Part shown: positions 1 through 12,747 of the stretch, piece after piece
Layout of the letters: every line of letters starts with the position of its first letter
Position numbering within the stretch: position 1 is the first letter of the stretch
DNA from: Fistulifera solaris
Taxonomy: Eukaryota
Reading direction: 5' to 3'
Assembly (NCBI GenBank): GCA_030295235.1
Contig: AP026124.1
Location: forward strand, 1,116,001 to 1,180,000
DNA length: 64,000 nt
Notes under the pieces: generated by a model
What the model was told of the DNA's origin: nothing
Databases searched by the model: none
The model's input: the letters and a program-made list of their open reading frames with translations, nothing else
Position numbers and translations under genes: made by a program

Positions 1-699
1 ATGCAATGTGTAAACACCGTAGAAGAATGCCAGTATGCCCGCAATGAATGCAATGAAAGGATCCATCCACCATGCTTCGGGTGAGCTGTCGATGATGAGT
101 GTATTCAAGAACAAGGCGGCTGCCAAAATTGCACCAATCAACGAGCAGATTGCATCCTTATAAAGGGACTCTGAGTCCAGAGCCTTCGAATATCTGATTT
201 TGATGAGAGCAATCGCTCCAAAGACAAGGATCGAAAAGAAACTAAGTACGAGGGCAGCTTCTTTTCCGTTTCTTCCTGTCGACCTTGCGCAAAATCATTG
301 AGCGCGGCGATAATCACCTGAAGTCCTAAAAACACCAAAATGAAACTGATAGCAACGCTGGCACGAACTTCGCGGCCTTCCAATTTGGCTTTCACATCTT
401 CATCCAGCTGATGCGGGGCAAAAAATCTCCACAAAACGATGGCATCGCTGAGGAAGTCTACGCAATTTTCGAGACCGAATGCTAGAGCTAAAGATAGATC
501 TTGACGCTAATTTATGTAGAAATATCTGTGAGCAAAAACAAGGAAAAACTTGGAAGCGCTAAGAGCGTCGTCTTTTGACCGAACGTACCATCCAAATCGC
601 GATTCCACCAAACGCCGTCAAGAAAGTAATCACCAAACAAGCCACCGCTAAGCGGTAAGCATCTTTAATGGTAGGATCGGACCAGCACTTCAATCCCAT
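1..699 (-). CDS. TMEM163-like cation (Zn) transport membrane protein; 3' end runs off the window
   Basis: ATG at 699 (MGLKCWSDPTIKD...), GT-AG intron ~507-588, then RQDLSLALAFGLENCVDFLSDAIVLWRFF, which resembles the TMEM163 'D.lSsaiVLWRy' segment. Probable frameshift near 260. Confidence 0.6.
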
Positions 700-1275
700 C
701 GTGCAAGTTGTTTAATTGAATAATACTCCTACCTTGTTTCTTCAGATTCTTATCCTGTTGCGCGCCTTGCACGATCTCCCCCCTTTTGCGTTTTGCGCCT
801 TTTTCTCCTTAGTCCCCCTTACTATTAGTACAAACAGTACACTTTACACAATGTAGCATAGTCTTTCGTGACTCAACGGTCATTGTGGTTTTCTTGAATG
901 ACGTCGGCCGTCGGCCGTGTTGAAAAAGAAACTATTTTGAGCCTTAATCGGGAAATCAGTATTTCGGCTGACTAGCAGACGGAATGATTGAGAGCCGCAA
1001 AGCGCGGGTGGACGAGAGAGAATGCGCCGCAGCCATTTTCTCGACCCCAAGCAAGGCAATACCCAAAAGCGAGACGGTCGTTTTTGGCGCGTTACAAACA
1101 ATAGCAATCGATCTCTTTTGCAACAACAAGAGGGCCTGGTCAGAGCTTTACGAGACGCAAAGCTTGCATTTTCTTTGATTGTTGATCCTGACAAACAGAG
1201 TCATCAAATCAAATAATTTCACGTCGATTGAAAGAGAATTCAAACCAAGACTACACATTTGCAAAACTCGAAAAC

Positions 1276-2616
1276 ATGGTTGTTTCTTCTACACTCGTCA
1301 ATGTCACGGAAGATGCCGAAATGCGCATTGTAGGTTTAATGGCGGACGCGGCTCCTTCCAATTTCTTGGGAAACTCGTTTCGCGACACTTGTTCGGCTAG
1401 TATTCACAATGGAGACGCATCGGGACTTTTACAAGCAGTAGTAGGAGATGCTGGAGCTGTGGCTTCCCTCATGATCTTGCAACCTGACGAAGCTACGGCC
1501 GCCATGTCGATTTTAGCGGCACTTTTGAACCGCGTGGCGGAGAAGAATCAGCAGTCGCAGCTCGCAACAGCACTGGCTAGTGCTATTCGTCAGTCGGGAA
1601 CGGAAGCGGATGATGCCACGCTCAAACGAAAGATGTTACTTCTATCGATCCTTTTCAACATGAGAGAAGAACCGGTGGGGAAAGTTGCGCTACTTGACAT
1701 TTTGATGTTATTGGCGGGTAGTAATGCTGCGGAACTCTTGTCACCTGATTCGACGTTGGGGAGCTTGTTGGCGGAACCAACACGCTCGGGCGGAGTACTT
1801 GCCTCGGGAAGCAACGGAACATCTTCCGACCGAAGTAGCGCGGCCACTTTAGTAGCCGTCAATTCTTCTTCACTGCCACGTCTGGCTGTCATGTTAGATG
1901 CGTGGAAAACTCCATTGCCAGCGCGTCAGGGCTTGTATAGAACGGTGGTTTCCGTATTGCCAAGCACGGATGTACGAAAACAACGTTTCCTTCTTCTTTT
2001 GACCGAATCTTACAGCTCTACGGACAAAAATGGGATTGAAGCTGCTAGAGAAGCGGCCATTGGAGCCATTCGGGATCCTGTTACTCTGTTCGTACAACAA
2101 AGAAACTTATTGAAGCAACCTGCTATTCAGGCACTGGGAAGTCAAGACGCGAACTTATATGGCCTTTTGCAAGTATTCCAGGAAGGAAAGTTATCAGATT
2201 ATAATCAGTTCGTTCAAAAGAACGGCGGGAATGAAGCGGCTTTGTTGAGCCCGTACGGGTTAGACCCAGAGAGTTGCCGCCGAAACATGCAAATCTTAAG
2301 TTTGTGTTCGTTGGCATCGGAACAAGAAGAAATACCGTACAGTGTTGTTGCGGAAACTTTGCAACTAACGAACAGCGACTCACAAGTGGAAACGTGGGTC
2401 ATTGCAGCAGTTGGAAGTGGTTTGCTTCAAGCAAAAATGGATCAGCTGTCCAAGATGGTTATGGTGGAGAGATCAGTGGTACGTCGGTTTGATACGCATC
2501 AGTGGAAAATTCTTCAATCTAGACTCCATAAATGGAAGAAGAACGTAGGAGGTATCTTGCAAGTTCTGAAAGAGCATCAAACATCGACTGGAACAGCTGC
2601 TACGACCATGGTGTAA
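1276..2616 (+). CDS. EIF3M: Translation initiation factor 3 subunit M (PCI domain)
   Basis: Intronless ORF with C-terminal PCI region: ILSLCSLASEQEEIPYSVVAETLQL...VETWVIAAVGSGLLQAKMDQL...RRFDTHQWKILQSRLHKWKKN. Confidence 0.88.
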   Translation: MVVSSTLVNVTEDAEMRIVGLMADAAPSNFLGNSFRDTCSASIHNGDASGLLQAVVGDAGAVASLMILQPDEATAAMSILAALLNRVAEKNQQSQLATALASAIRQSGTEADDATLKRKMLLLSILFNMREEPVGKVALLDILMLLAGSNAAELLSPDSTLGSLLAEPTRSGGVLASGSNGTSSDRSSAATLVAVNSSSLPRLAVMLDAWKTPLPARQGLYRTVVSVLPSTDVRKQRFLLLLTESYSSTDKNGIEAAREAAIGAIRDPVTLFVQQRNLLKQPAIQALGSQDANLYGLLQVFQEGKLSDYNQFVQKNGGNEAALLSPYGLDPESCRRNMQILSLCSLASEQEEIPYSVVAETLQLTNSDSQVETWVIAAVGSGLLQAKMDQLSKMVMVERSVVRRFDTHQWKILQSRLHKWKKNVGGILQVLKEHQTSTGTAATTMV

Positions 2617-2889
2617 TCTTAATAGACAGGCAGTATGGAAATCAGTTATCATTTAGTTTAAGATCAACACTATCGACGGCTTAGATGCTTGCGGCCTTCC
2701 TGTGCGGCTTGCTCCCGTACAACTTGGCTCGACCATGGTACGGTAGACCGCCCATCACAAAGGCGAAGCTTATCCGGTAGTCGCTACTTCCTCGGCTGAG
2801 GAATTTTTAGTGACTTGGACGAAGGAACGCTCGTAACTTAAAAAAAAAGCAAAACAAACTTTGTTTTCTGTTTGCTGTCGATTACCTAT

Positions 2890-3740
2890 TCAAGTTATGT
2901 GTGATGTATCTGTGCATTTGAGACACGACGACCTTCTTGAGTCAGTGTATTGGCTTCGCCAACGAGGTACCAATTGAGCGTCTTTGGCTTTGTAACCCAT
3001 TGCATGTTTCACATTGGTCAAAGCAGTTCCGTCATTGTGAAATATCATGAAATTGTTGCGCACGGTATCCTTTTGAGGATAGTACGTGTTCACTTTTAAA
3101 GACTCCTCACGTTATCACCACCTCTCCGACGACAATATTCTACTAACCCTCTCCATCAAAGTAGCGTTTCGTTGCTCAACTTGACAGATCCCGGTCGACT
3201 CAAATTCACATTTTCGCAATCAAACGCTACTGAATGTTGTTTAAATTTCGGTACGGAAAGGGCACTGTCAACGGCGGCAAGGAACAATCTGGCGTTTTCA
3301 TTAGCCGACGAATCAACAACGAAGACCATCGTATATCTTTCTCCTTTTCACACTTCCCTAAGATGAGGTAATACGAGTGTTGCGTAGAAATCATTGATCA
3401 CAAGTACGAACACGCTTCTCATCATGTAATGTTGCTTTGATAGCACACCACGACAAAGAGAATGTAAACTGCTCTGTCGTTTTTGACGGCAGCTGAGTTC
3501 TTTTTGTGATAGGACGAATGGCAAGTGATGATTTAATTCGATGCTGTAAATTACCAGAGGCGGTGATGATGAATGTCTGACAACTCACAACTTTTCCTTC
3601 GAGTAAGTATCCACATCAACTTTAGGTGTCGGAAGCACTTGGGAAAGACTGAGCAGACATAAAGCGCGTGGCCTGATCAAGATTGCCATCACTCCGTGAC
3701 GTTGCCTTATCAACATCAGAGGTGTGTACAAACGAATCCC
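2890..3740 (-). pseudogene. Probable decayed gene of unknown family
   Basis: About 215 codons in one frame broken only by TGA at 3585-3587, 3348-3350 and 3156-3158. A 1-nt slip near 3090 then joins the 2890..3093 ORF. Confidence 0.35.
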
Positions 3741-3789
3741 TTAACCGGCTGAACGCAGGATCATAAAGCAGCGTATCCTCGTCTCCAAA

Positions 3790-5024
3790 TCATGATTTCA
3801 CGCTCGGCGAACGTCTTCCGAGATAATGCATCTTAGGGAATCCAACAGCCGCATCCGAATAAAATCCAGAGGCAATGTACTCATCCGTGAAAAGATGAGA
3901 CACCGGAAGCACCAGCATTAATATCAGAAACGTGCGTATTGGTCTAGGGACATGTTTGCCGATCCAAACAAACAGTGGTGCTTGCGCAAACGCATGTTCT
4001 CCCATCAGCATTAAACCGTTCCAGGCAAAAAGAAGAATTGCGGTCCAAAGGATGGCACGTAAGGCTTCATGCCAGTCCCTCCTCGAAGTGTCATCATGAC
4101 GAGCTCGAACTCATGCAAGAGTCCACTGGCCATAAAGGTTACAAAGGCGGCAAAGGAAACCGAGAGACCCGCGTTTCGGAGAGGACGGTAAACTCCTCGT
4201 CGGAGCGTCATCTCTATAATTTTATTCCATCGCTTGCCCCAAAAGTCGGAAACACTAGTGCTGCCAAATATGGGATTGTCGTTAAAGCCGCTGATGCTTA
4301 GACCAAAGCAAAACGACGCAAGAATTCCGAGACCAATGGAGCCAGCTTCCAGTAGTCGGCTCGTGAGTAATGCCATGACAAAGTTATTGGCAATGTGCTG
4401 CCAGCGATACAGGTCGATCAGGCTCTCGATGGGCTTACGGTCAAACAAGATGTAGCCCCGAGGTAGCAGTAAATTGTAAAGTAAACTACATTCCACAAAT
4501 ACACGTAGAAACAAGACAATTCGACTGATGAGCTCGGAGAGAGTTACTTTGTTGGGTTGATTGGTTTCCGGATGAAAAGTGAATTGTAAGGTGAAAGCGT
4601 TGTATGCAACGAAATTAAGGTAACTTTCCGTTGCAAATACAGGGAGCGTCCCATGCATGGTCTCCAGACATCGAAAGAAGAGGACTGCTGGCATTCCTCC
4701 GCATAGACAGAGAAGTAGGGCAACGTTTTGAATGTCGAAAATCGGAACAAGGATGAACGGTAGGTAGAGCACTGATGGACATAAAATTCCGTAACCGATG
4801 ATGTAGGCTTGAGAAGTCCCCCGATTTCGGAAAATAAGAGTATACATCGCGGTGGCAACAAGAACGTTGAAACACGCTTGCAAAGCAAGAAAAAGGAAAC
4901 TCTCAATCCAGAATGACATGCAAGGCAAAGCCAATGCCACCTCTCCTAGAAAGGGAGCGTCAAAGATGATATCTGGTTTTCTGTCGTCGACGTCAAACTT
5001 CTCAAACAACGCTAGAATATCCAT
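3790..5024 (-). CDS. MBOAT-family O-acyltransferase (wax synthase/sterol acyltransferase-like)
   Basis: Multi-TM protein with motifs FNDNPIFGSTSVSDFWGKRWN and FMASGLLHEF (catalytic His). Frameshift at ~4026-4030 joins the 3790..4011 ORF. Confidence 0.82.
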
Positions 5025-5579
5025 TTTCTTATGCGTCTGTACTTGTGAATGGTCAATTGAAGGCGATCAAATGAATCTTTTCAAATGAATTATCATTTGC
5101 CTTTTCCCTCATTTTTTTGAAGCTTCTCATCGCGCTTGGCATTCGACGTACGCATTTGTCGGTCTTCGTGTCTCAGCTCCTCACATCGCACTCGTCTCTT
5201 GACATTGCACGAAACGTGTTCAGGACTACGTGCTGTTTTGTAGTCTTAATGTCCTTCCAACTCTCTCCAAGAGATAGAGAACGCAGGAAGTATCAGCTAA
5301 TGTGTACGTGTAAGTAAGGCTATAATGCAACTCGATGAAGCCTGGAGTGACTAATAACGCAATAAAAGCAACAGAATGCGACCGACGAAGAGAAAGGCGA
5401 TTAAACTTGAAAGGACAGGAATTACTAGGTACAGAAATGGCCGGCTGCGGCAGGTTTCGCATGTCCCACCAAGCTCAAAGTGAGTGGCAACTTGCCAAGC
5501 TGCTTATCCCAACCCTTCGCGATCTGCAGAAAAGCTAAAGTTAAGACAAAGGAACGTCAATCGCTCATCTCTTGAGCTG

Positions 5580-6416
5580 TCAGTTTCCATACTTAAAGTA
5601 GTCATCGGCATTTCGCGAATAGTCGTCATAATACACATAGTTGTGTGTATCGTCATCTCGACCATCAAAGTAATCATCGTCAAGTCCGTTATTGCCATCA
5701 ACTCGTGCGAAAGCGTCATCAAAGTAGTCATCGTAGGCCGAAACGTCGGCTTCCAGATCGTCGCCCAAACCTGTACCTCCATCGAATTCAGAGTTGGAAT
5801 CCACAACGTCTCTATTCCTGCCGACTTCTTCCGACACCCGAATTGATAAAGTCACTATAAGAAACACCAATCCGACGACGCCAAGACCGATGAGTGTCAC
5901 TTCGATGGCCCGCCGAATGTGCTTCGGTATGCAACCTGCTATAGGAATCGCGGCGCCATAAGACGAGTCGGGCGGTGTCCATTCAGACTCGTGGAAATCG
6001 TAGAGGGAATCTTTGGTGCCTTGTGATGAAGGATGCGATGAATGGGTCAGATAGGAACGATTTCGCCGTATTTTCGGAGAGCTTCCACTTTCCATGACCC
6101 CACCGTGGTAGACAGCTTTTGGAGAATCGGGTTGCTCTTTGTAAATACCATCATCTCCACCGTCAATTTCTTGTCTGTTATTGAACCAGCCAATCCGTTG
6201 CATCCACGATCCCGATGACGAAGAACTCAAAACCTCCATCCCGTGAGTAACATTGTTTTCTGTGGTTGATAATTGGCCGTCAAGAACTTCAAGAACTTCA
6301 TGCTGAGGATTCTTGGTGGAGCTGTTATGATCTTTGCATGTGCCTTGGTCAGGATCGAGGATTTGGGTGCGAACAGTAGATTGACCATAGTCTTTTCGAC
6401 TCGCCATATCATTCAT
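5580..6416 (-). CDS. Hypothetical single-pass membrane protein with Asp/Tyr-rich C-terminus
   Basis: 278-aa ORF with one hydrophobic helix (TLIGLGVVGLVFLIVTL) and an acidic tail. Confidence 0.6.
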   Translation of the reverse strand: MNDMASRKDYGQSTVRTQILDPDQGTCKDHNSSTKNPQHEVLEVLDGQLSTTENNVTHGMEVLSSSSSGSWMQRIGWFNNRQEIDGGDDGIYKEQPDSPKAVYHGGVMESGSSPKIRRNRSYLTHSSHPSSQGTKDSLYDFHESEWTPPDSSYGAAIPIAGCIPKHIRRAIEVTLIGLGVVGLVFLIVTLSIRVSEEVGRNRDVVDSNSEFDGGTGLGDDLEADVSAYDDYFDDAFARVDGNNGLDDDYFDGRDDDTHNYVYYDDYSRNADDYFKYGN

Positions 6417-7117
6417 GGTCCCTGGTAACTGATTCCGAGAAGTGTTTGTGGAAAAACTTTCAGAGGCCCGAGTTTAACTATTCTTTGATCAAACGTTTCT
6501 TGTTTTGAATTTCTCACAATTTGTCGCGTAACGTATAAAGTCTCGATCAGATCAACTGCCAAGCACGGAATAATGGCAAAAGTAATGTTCAGCCTTGGAA
6601 TAAAGAATGCGTTTTCTAAATCACTCTTTCCGTTTCCTGCGCTCCCGGTATTTCGTTCCGGGTACCGTTCGTGAGTATGCCGAACTAAACAAAGTAGAAG
6701 AAATTTGGCGTTGCTTTCGAAAAGAACTAGTCCAATAATCAGCATCAAAAGCATAACAACAAACGACAAGGACGGCCGATCAAATGTCGACGAGGTCGGC
6801 CATTTTCTCAACGTCGAGCGACGTCTAAGTAAATCAGTTCTCAAATGTTGAACGGATTGCTTAGTTAAGCATAAAACAAGGTAACCGAGGTGAGTGCAGG
6901 GCGACCGAAATTTACATGAATTTAAATACGAAATATAGTCCCGCTACGACGGCATTGAAAGAACTTCGAAGAACACAGAGTACAGTACGTCGTGGAACTT
7001 GCAACAGTGGCGAGGGGCGAAGTGGCGGCGTTAACACAGGAAATTCTCAAACTTCTCCTGTTACCAGTTACCAGGTACCGGTACCATTCATGCCATAAAC
7101 ATCAACATACGCTGTCG

Positions 7118-8124
7118 ATGACCTTTGGACCTTTCTTCTTCTTGATGGTCTTTATCGTGCCTTCTACATCATTGACCAACATACTTCCCCGAAAGATTCT
7201 CGCAAATAACCGGATTGCGGCATTGACAGTCTGTTTAGCATTCTGCGGAACGACAAGAGGCTTTTCATCTGCTTCGACCGATTCGTGTGCTGCCGACAGG
7301 ATGGCGCCTTCCATTCGTGTCATACCTAACGACAAACTATTCACTTCGGAGCCGGATCCGCAGTGGTTTGGTAATCCTTCGGGTAGTGACCCGTCATGGA
7401 CCAATAAGAACTGGTTGAAATCTCGCTTCCATTTTTCGTTCGCGGAGTATAACAACTACGGCAACACAAACTTTGGAGTACTTCGAGTTATGAATGATGA
7501 TTTGGTACAGGCAAAAGGGGATTTGGAACCCATCCTCATCGTGATATGGAAATAATCACCTACATTGTTGAAGGCGAACTAACTCACCAAGATTCAATGG
7601 GAACCAAGGAAAGTCTTGGACGCGGTAGTATCCAGTTCATGACGGCTGGAACAGGTGTGCGGCACTCCGAGTTCAATCAGGGTGATAAGCCACTACGATT
7701 TATTCAGACATGGATTGTTCCCGCTCAAAGAGGACTAAAGCCGAATTACGGATCGTTTCGAGGGGGCCCTGGAGTTTGTCTTAACAAAATGTTTCATTTG
7801 ATATCGAACGTTAACGACGCATCCGCATCTACGCCTGTACAGATCAACCAGGACTTGGACGGTTATGCTGCCGAGATCGAAGAAGGGAAAACCGTGTCAT
7901 ACGAACTACCGAAAGGCCGTCAAGCTTACTTGCTGTGCATGGAGGGTTCTGTCTCGGTCAACGGAAACAAATTAAACAGACATGATGCCTCGGAGATTAC
8001 TGGAAGTGGAGGTGTGCTTGAAATCAAAGCTTTAGAAGTGGAGTCTACTGAGCATGGAAAAGTCGCCCATGTTCTCATGTTTGTGATGAAGAGTGAACCT
8101 GGTTCGGGACGCACTGACTTTTGA
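7118..8124 (+). CDS. Pirin / quercetin 2,3-dioxygenase (YhhW-like bicupin)
   Basis: WLKSRFHFSFAEY...FGVLRVMNDDLV...HPHRDMEIITYIVEGELTHQDSMG...QFMTAGTGVRHSE. Frameshift in the aaaagggg run at ~7513-7520. Start could instead be the ATG at 7301. Confidence 0.9.
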
Positions 8125-8222
8125 TGCAAAACATTATTTTAGTGGACTTATTCTATCACCTTATGTTGTAGATAGCAGCTCTGTAATTATTAAACAAGGC
8201 CTCAACAGAGACTGCTTTAACG

Positions 8223-9105
8223 TTATACTACACTTTTCACAAGAATCAATGTTTCCGCTTCCGCTCTTTCGAAAGTTCCATCCTTGAGGTTGAACCGAAC
8301 GGCTGATGAATCACCGCAAACAAACAACTCCTGGTAGTTCAGCTTCTCGAGATACAATTTACAAGCGGCTGCATTGTTTTTCTCTACTTTGAGAAGTAAA
8401 CCATCAAAACCGGCGTCTCTCGCCGATTCTTTAACATAATTACATAGCTTCATGGCAATTCCTTTTCCTCGTGCAGTCGGGGAGACGACAAGGTTGCACA
8501 AAACGCACACGACTTGAAGATTCGGTTGTAAAAGCTCGTCTGCTATTTGAAAGGGCGAAGCATTTTTGTACTGCCTTCGCTCTTTTGGTCCCAAATTCCC
8601 CAACGCCGCTTTCATCGTTTCCTCGGATAGTTCGGGTGTCAATATATCTCTCCGCTCAGCATCGAGTAAGCAGACTTCAATGCCCGCCAGTCCGACTATT
8701 TCATTAGTAACTATATCGATGGCAGCAACCAAGCCAGCATCCAACAACCGGTTGCCCATGCGCTCTCCGTATTTGGTAGAAAAGTCGACGAATTGTCGGT
8801 ACAACAGTTCTTTATGAACGGCGTCGGAAACGGGCCCGGATGCAACTTGCACATGCGGTGTCCCGAGCCAATACGATTTGGCAAAGAAGTCGCTGGCTTT
8901 GCGAATGGAAGGTTCGTCACCCACCAGAGGAGCAATCGCGTAGCTTTCGTCCGTCGAAACGGAGCCCAGGTCCAGTCGAGAACGATGCGATCGAGTTGAA
9001 AGAAAAGATCTCCGGAGGCAACCAAGCGATGCAGAATAAGTTTGTCGCCGCCAAAAAGCACTGGATCGAAACAATTGTTGTTGTAATGGAGTAAAACGTT
9101 TTCAT
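8223..9105 (-). CDS. GNAT-family acetyltransferase, probably organelle-targeted
   Basis: Acetyl-CoA motif LCNLVVSPTARGKGIAMKL...LLKVEKNNAAACKLY. The signal-like N-terminus from 9105 is in a different frame (probable frameshift). Confidence 0.8.
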
Positions 9106-9440
9106 TATCTTGTACTGGTACCTGGTATTGTTGTGATAATCAATCTCGCCTTAAGTTTTTTGTTGCACTGCAAAAGCGCGGGGGGAAGGCGGAGTTCAGA
9201 AAAAATAATGAATAATCATCATCTGAGGAGAAAAGAGTACTGAATGACGTCACAGCCGGCAATGAATCTACTTTCGTGTCCGTAGTACGTATGCCCGGTT
9301 GAAGTTTTTCTCTCCGCCAACTCCTCCAACCTCGAAAATAAAAGCCTTGTATTGTGTTGAACTCAAAGCAATTGTTTGTCTTGGACTTTGCGGAAGGTTA
9401 CAGCTATTTATTACTTAATCAACGATATAAAACGTTCGGT

Positions 9441-11101
9441 ATGATGCTCGCAGGACAAATTGTGTGCATTCTAGCTGCCGCGGCTTCATTTTCGGCCGCC
9501 TTTTCGGTGAACCGTTCGCCGTACCGAGCGTCCTCTGCAGTGAGACTACACGCCTCGGTCAACTCGTTGGTGGTTATTTCTCCTCCGGGAGGCGTCGGTG
9601 AAGTATCCGCCGTTAAAGCTGCAGAAATGGGAGCGTCTGTTCGATGGTTTGTTGTTTCACAAACTGGCACCAAGGATGTTGTATTGTCAAAAGAAACACT
9701 CGATAATATTGCGGCAGCCGGAGGGGCCGTCGAACTGGCAGGAGCAGAAGCTTCTACTTTATTGTTACCAGTAGATGATCCTGCTTCAGCTCTTAAAGCT
9801 GTTTCGACATGGTGTGGCTCGGCACAGTCTATTATTTGCACATTCGATGGCATGGCAGACGCGAATTCAAAAGTTCAAAACCAAGAGATTGTCAAAGTGT
9901 GGGAGAATGCGATCAAAGTAGCGGCCCAAGAAGCTCAAAAGGGAGTATCCGGTACAAAGCTAACAATTTTGGACGCGATGGAAGACGAAGAAGGCAAGAA
10001 CAAGTCGGGAGGATTAGATAAACTCGTGAGTAGCCTTCTCGGCGGTGCTGCACAAGTGCCTTCGACTCTGGGAGAAGCCTTGGCCGAGTGGCCCAGTCGC
10101 TGTCACCAAACTTCGTCATGGACAGCTATTTGGGACTCCAGAATCATCACCTGATTTCTCTCCGCTGGTTGGAGGGCTTCGAAAAAATCCAGAGCTTTGT
10201 GAAGAATACACAATGCGAGCTCTACGTGTCGACCCGACACTTTCGGTATCTGGAAACCTTATGATGGGAAGTACCACTCGATCATCGCGGCACGCAGTAG
10301 GTGAGGCTGCTGCACTCATGGCGCTCAAAAAGGTTTCGTTCAAAGACGGAATTGATGTGTGTGTTTCTTCGCTTCGTGGATCGGACAAGCCTACAATAGA
10401 GTTGTGGAACGAAGATTTCGCTCGCCTCGAAAAGGCACTCTCCACAGGTGGTGCAGCGAAGCTTTTGAGGCCGAATTTAGTTCCGTCCCTAATGTTGACC
10501 GATTGGCCGACTGGTTGGCGACTAAATGGGCCCCAGCCGTGCTCCGAACCTACGATATCGCAACAATCCGATCAGGCGCTCGTCCCGTTTACGCCAGGCG
10601 ATCAGCTGACGCTTCCGTCGAAATTGTGTGGCAACAACTTGTCGACTATGAGTCTGTGACCATAGGAACCATGATGATTCAAGTCACTGCAAACGGATTA
10701 ACAGCTGTCCGAGGACCTGGGGATGCATCCAAAGGATTTGGGGATATCAGCAAAAAGCCTTTGTCGGGAGAAGACGTTTTGGTGAGACGCCTCGCGGATG
10801 CTGCATCCCAAGCGGTAGAGAAAGGCCTGGCGACAAAGGTAAGTTCAATTTCATTGCGTTTCTCATTTCGTCCCGTAGTCATGTCTCAAAATATTGTCTC
10901 GATACGAATTTTAGCTGAAGATAGAAAAGAAAGTGGCCCCTGAACCGGTGAGAAGAGGCTACCGCCGCTGTTACTTCTGTAAAGGCGGCTGGAACAGTCG
11001 AAAAAGAAACATCAAGCGATGCTGGTCCAAGACAGGCCGGTGCTAGAAGGTCGGCGGAACGAGCCCGTGGAAGTCGAGCTAATACAGATAAAAGCGAATA
11101 A
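9441..11101 (+). CDS. Hypothetical protein with plastid-type bipartite presequence
   Basis: MMLAGQIVCILAAAASFSAA|FSV signal. Three overlapping ORFs are joined by frameshifts (~10085, ~10465). GT-AG intron ~10839-10914. Confidence 0.6.
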
Positions 11102-11165
11102 CTTAACCCCTTAGATCTCTTTCACGTCTTTTATTTAAATCGTTATCACACACGATCTCTTCTAT

Positions 11166-12123
<958 letters not shown>

Positions 12124-12747
12124 GAAAGCGAATCAAGAACAATCCATCGTCAATTCCGGGCGAAAGATTTGTCGAATGTACGTTATTGATGAGCAAAAGA
12201 TGCATAGGGGTCACCCTAATACCTTGGTTGTCTTGCTCGTTTCTATTTTTTCTGGGCGATCGAAGAATGGACGAGGTTGCGTTGCGCAGTTGCGCACCGA
12301 TTGGAGTTTAAGGTCGTGAACGAAGGTGGGACTGCCTTGACAATTTGAAAAATACGCATGCCAGACGAGTTACTTAATCAACGGAAACCCTTTCATGTAA
12401 TAGGTTATTCTGTGAATAAAAAAGGTCATTGGTCACTTAGTGAGCGGGCTACTGTTAAATAGATACAGCGAATATGATTAGAAGGTCGAGGTGCCACCAG
12501 CCACCAGCGTCTTCCGAGGTGCACATCATCCATGGCAATAATATAATAATAACAATGAAGTTGATGATGATCATTTTTGATCACAGCAGGTATTAACATT
12601 CAGCCACAATAGCTTTTGATTGAAGAAATTTTATCGCTTTTTCTTGCAAGAAGCTCTCTTGCAGGATATAAATATCGTAAGTCATTCATAGTATTCGAGA
12701 AAATGACGGCAACGTTTCTAATTTCGGATAAAATTTTCAGGCCTGCT

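Noticed and set aside
2680..2850. snRNA-like look (GGCGAAGCTTATCC, AATTTTTAG Sm-like)
   Set aside because: No U1/U2/U4/U5 5' signature; short matches are compatible with chance.
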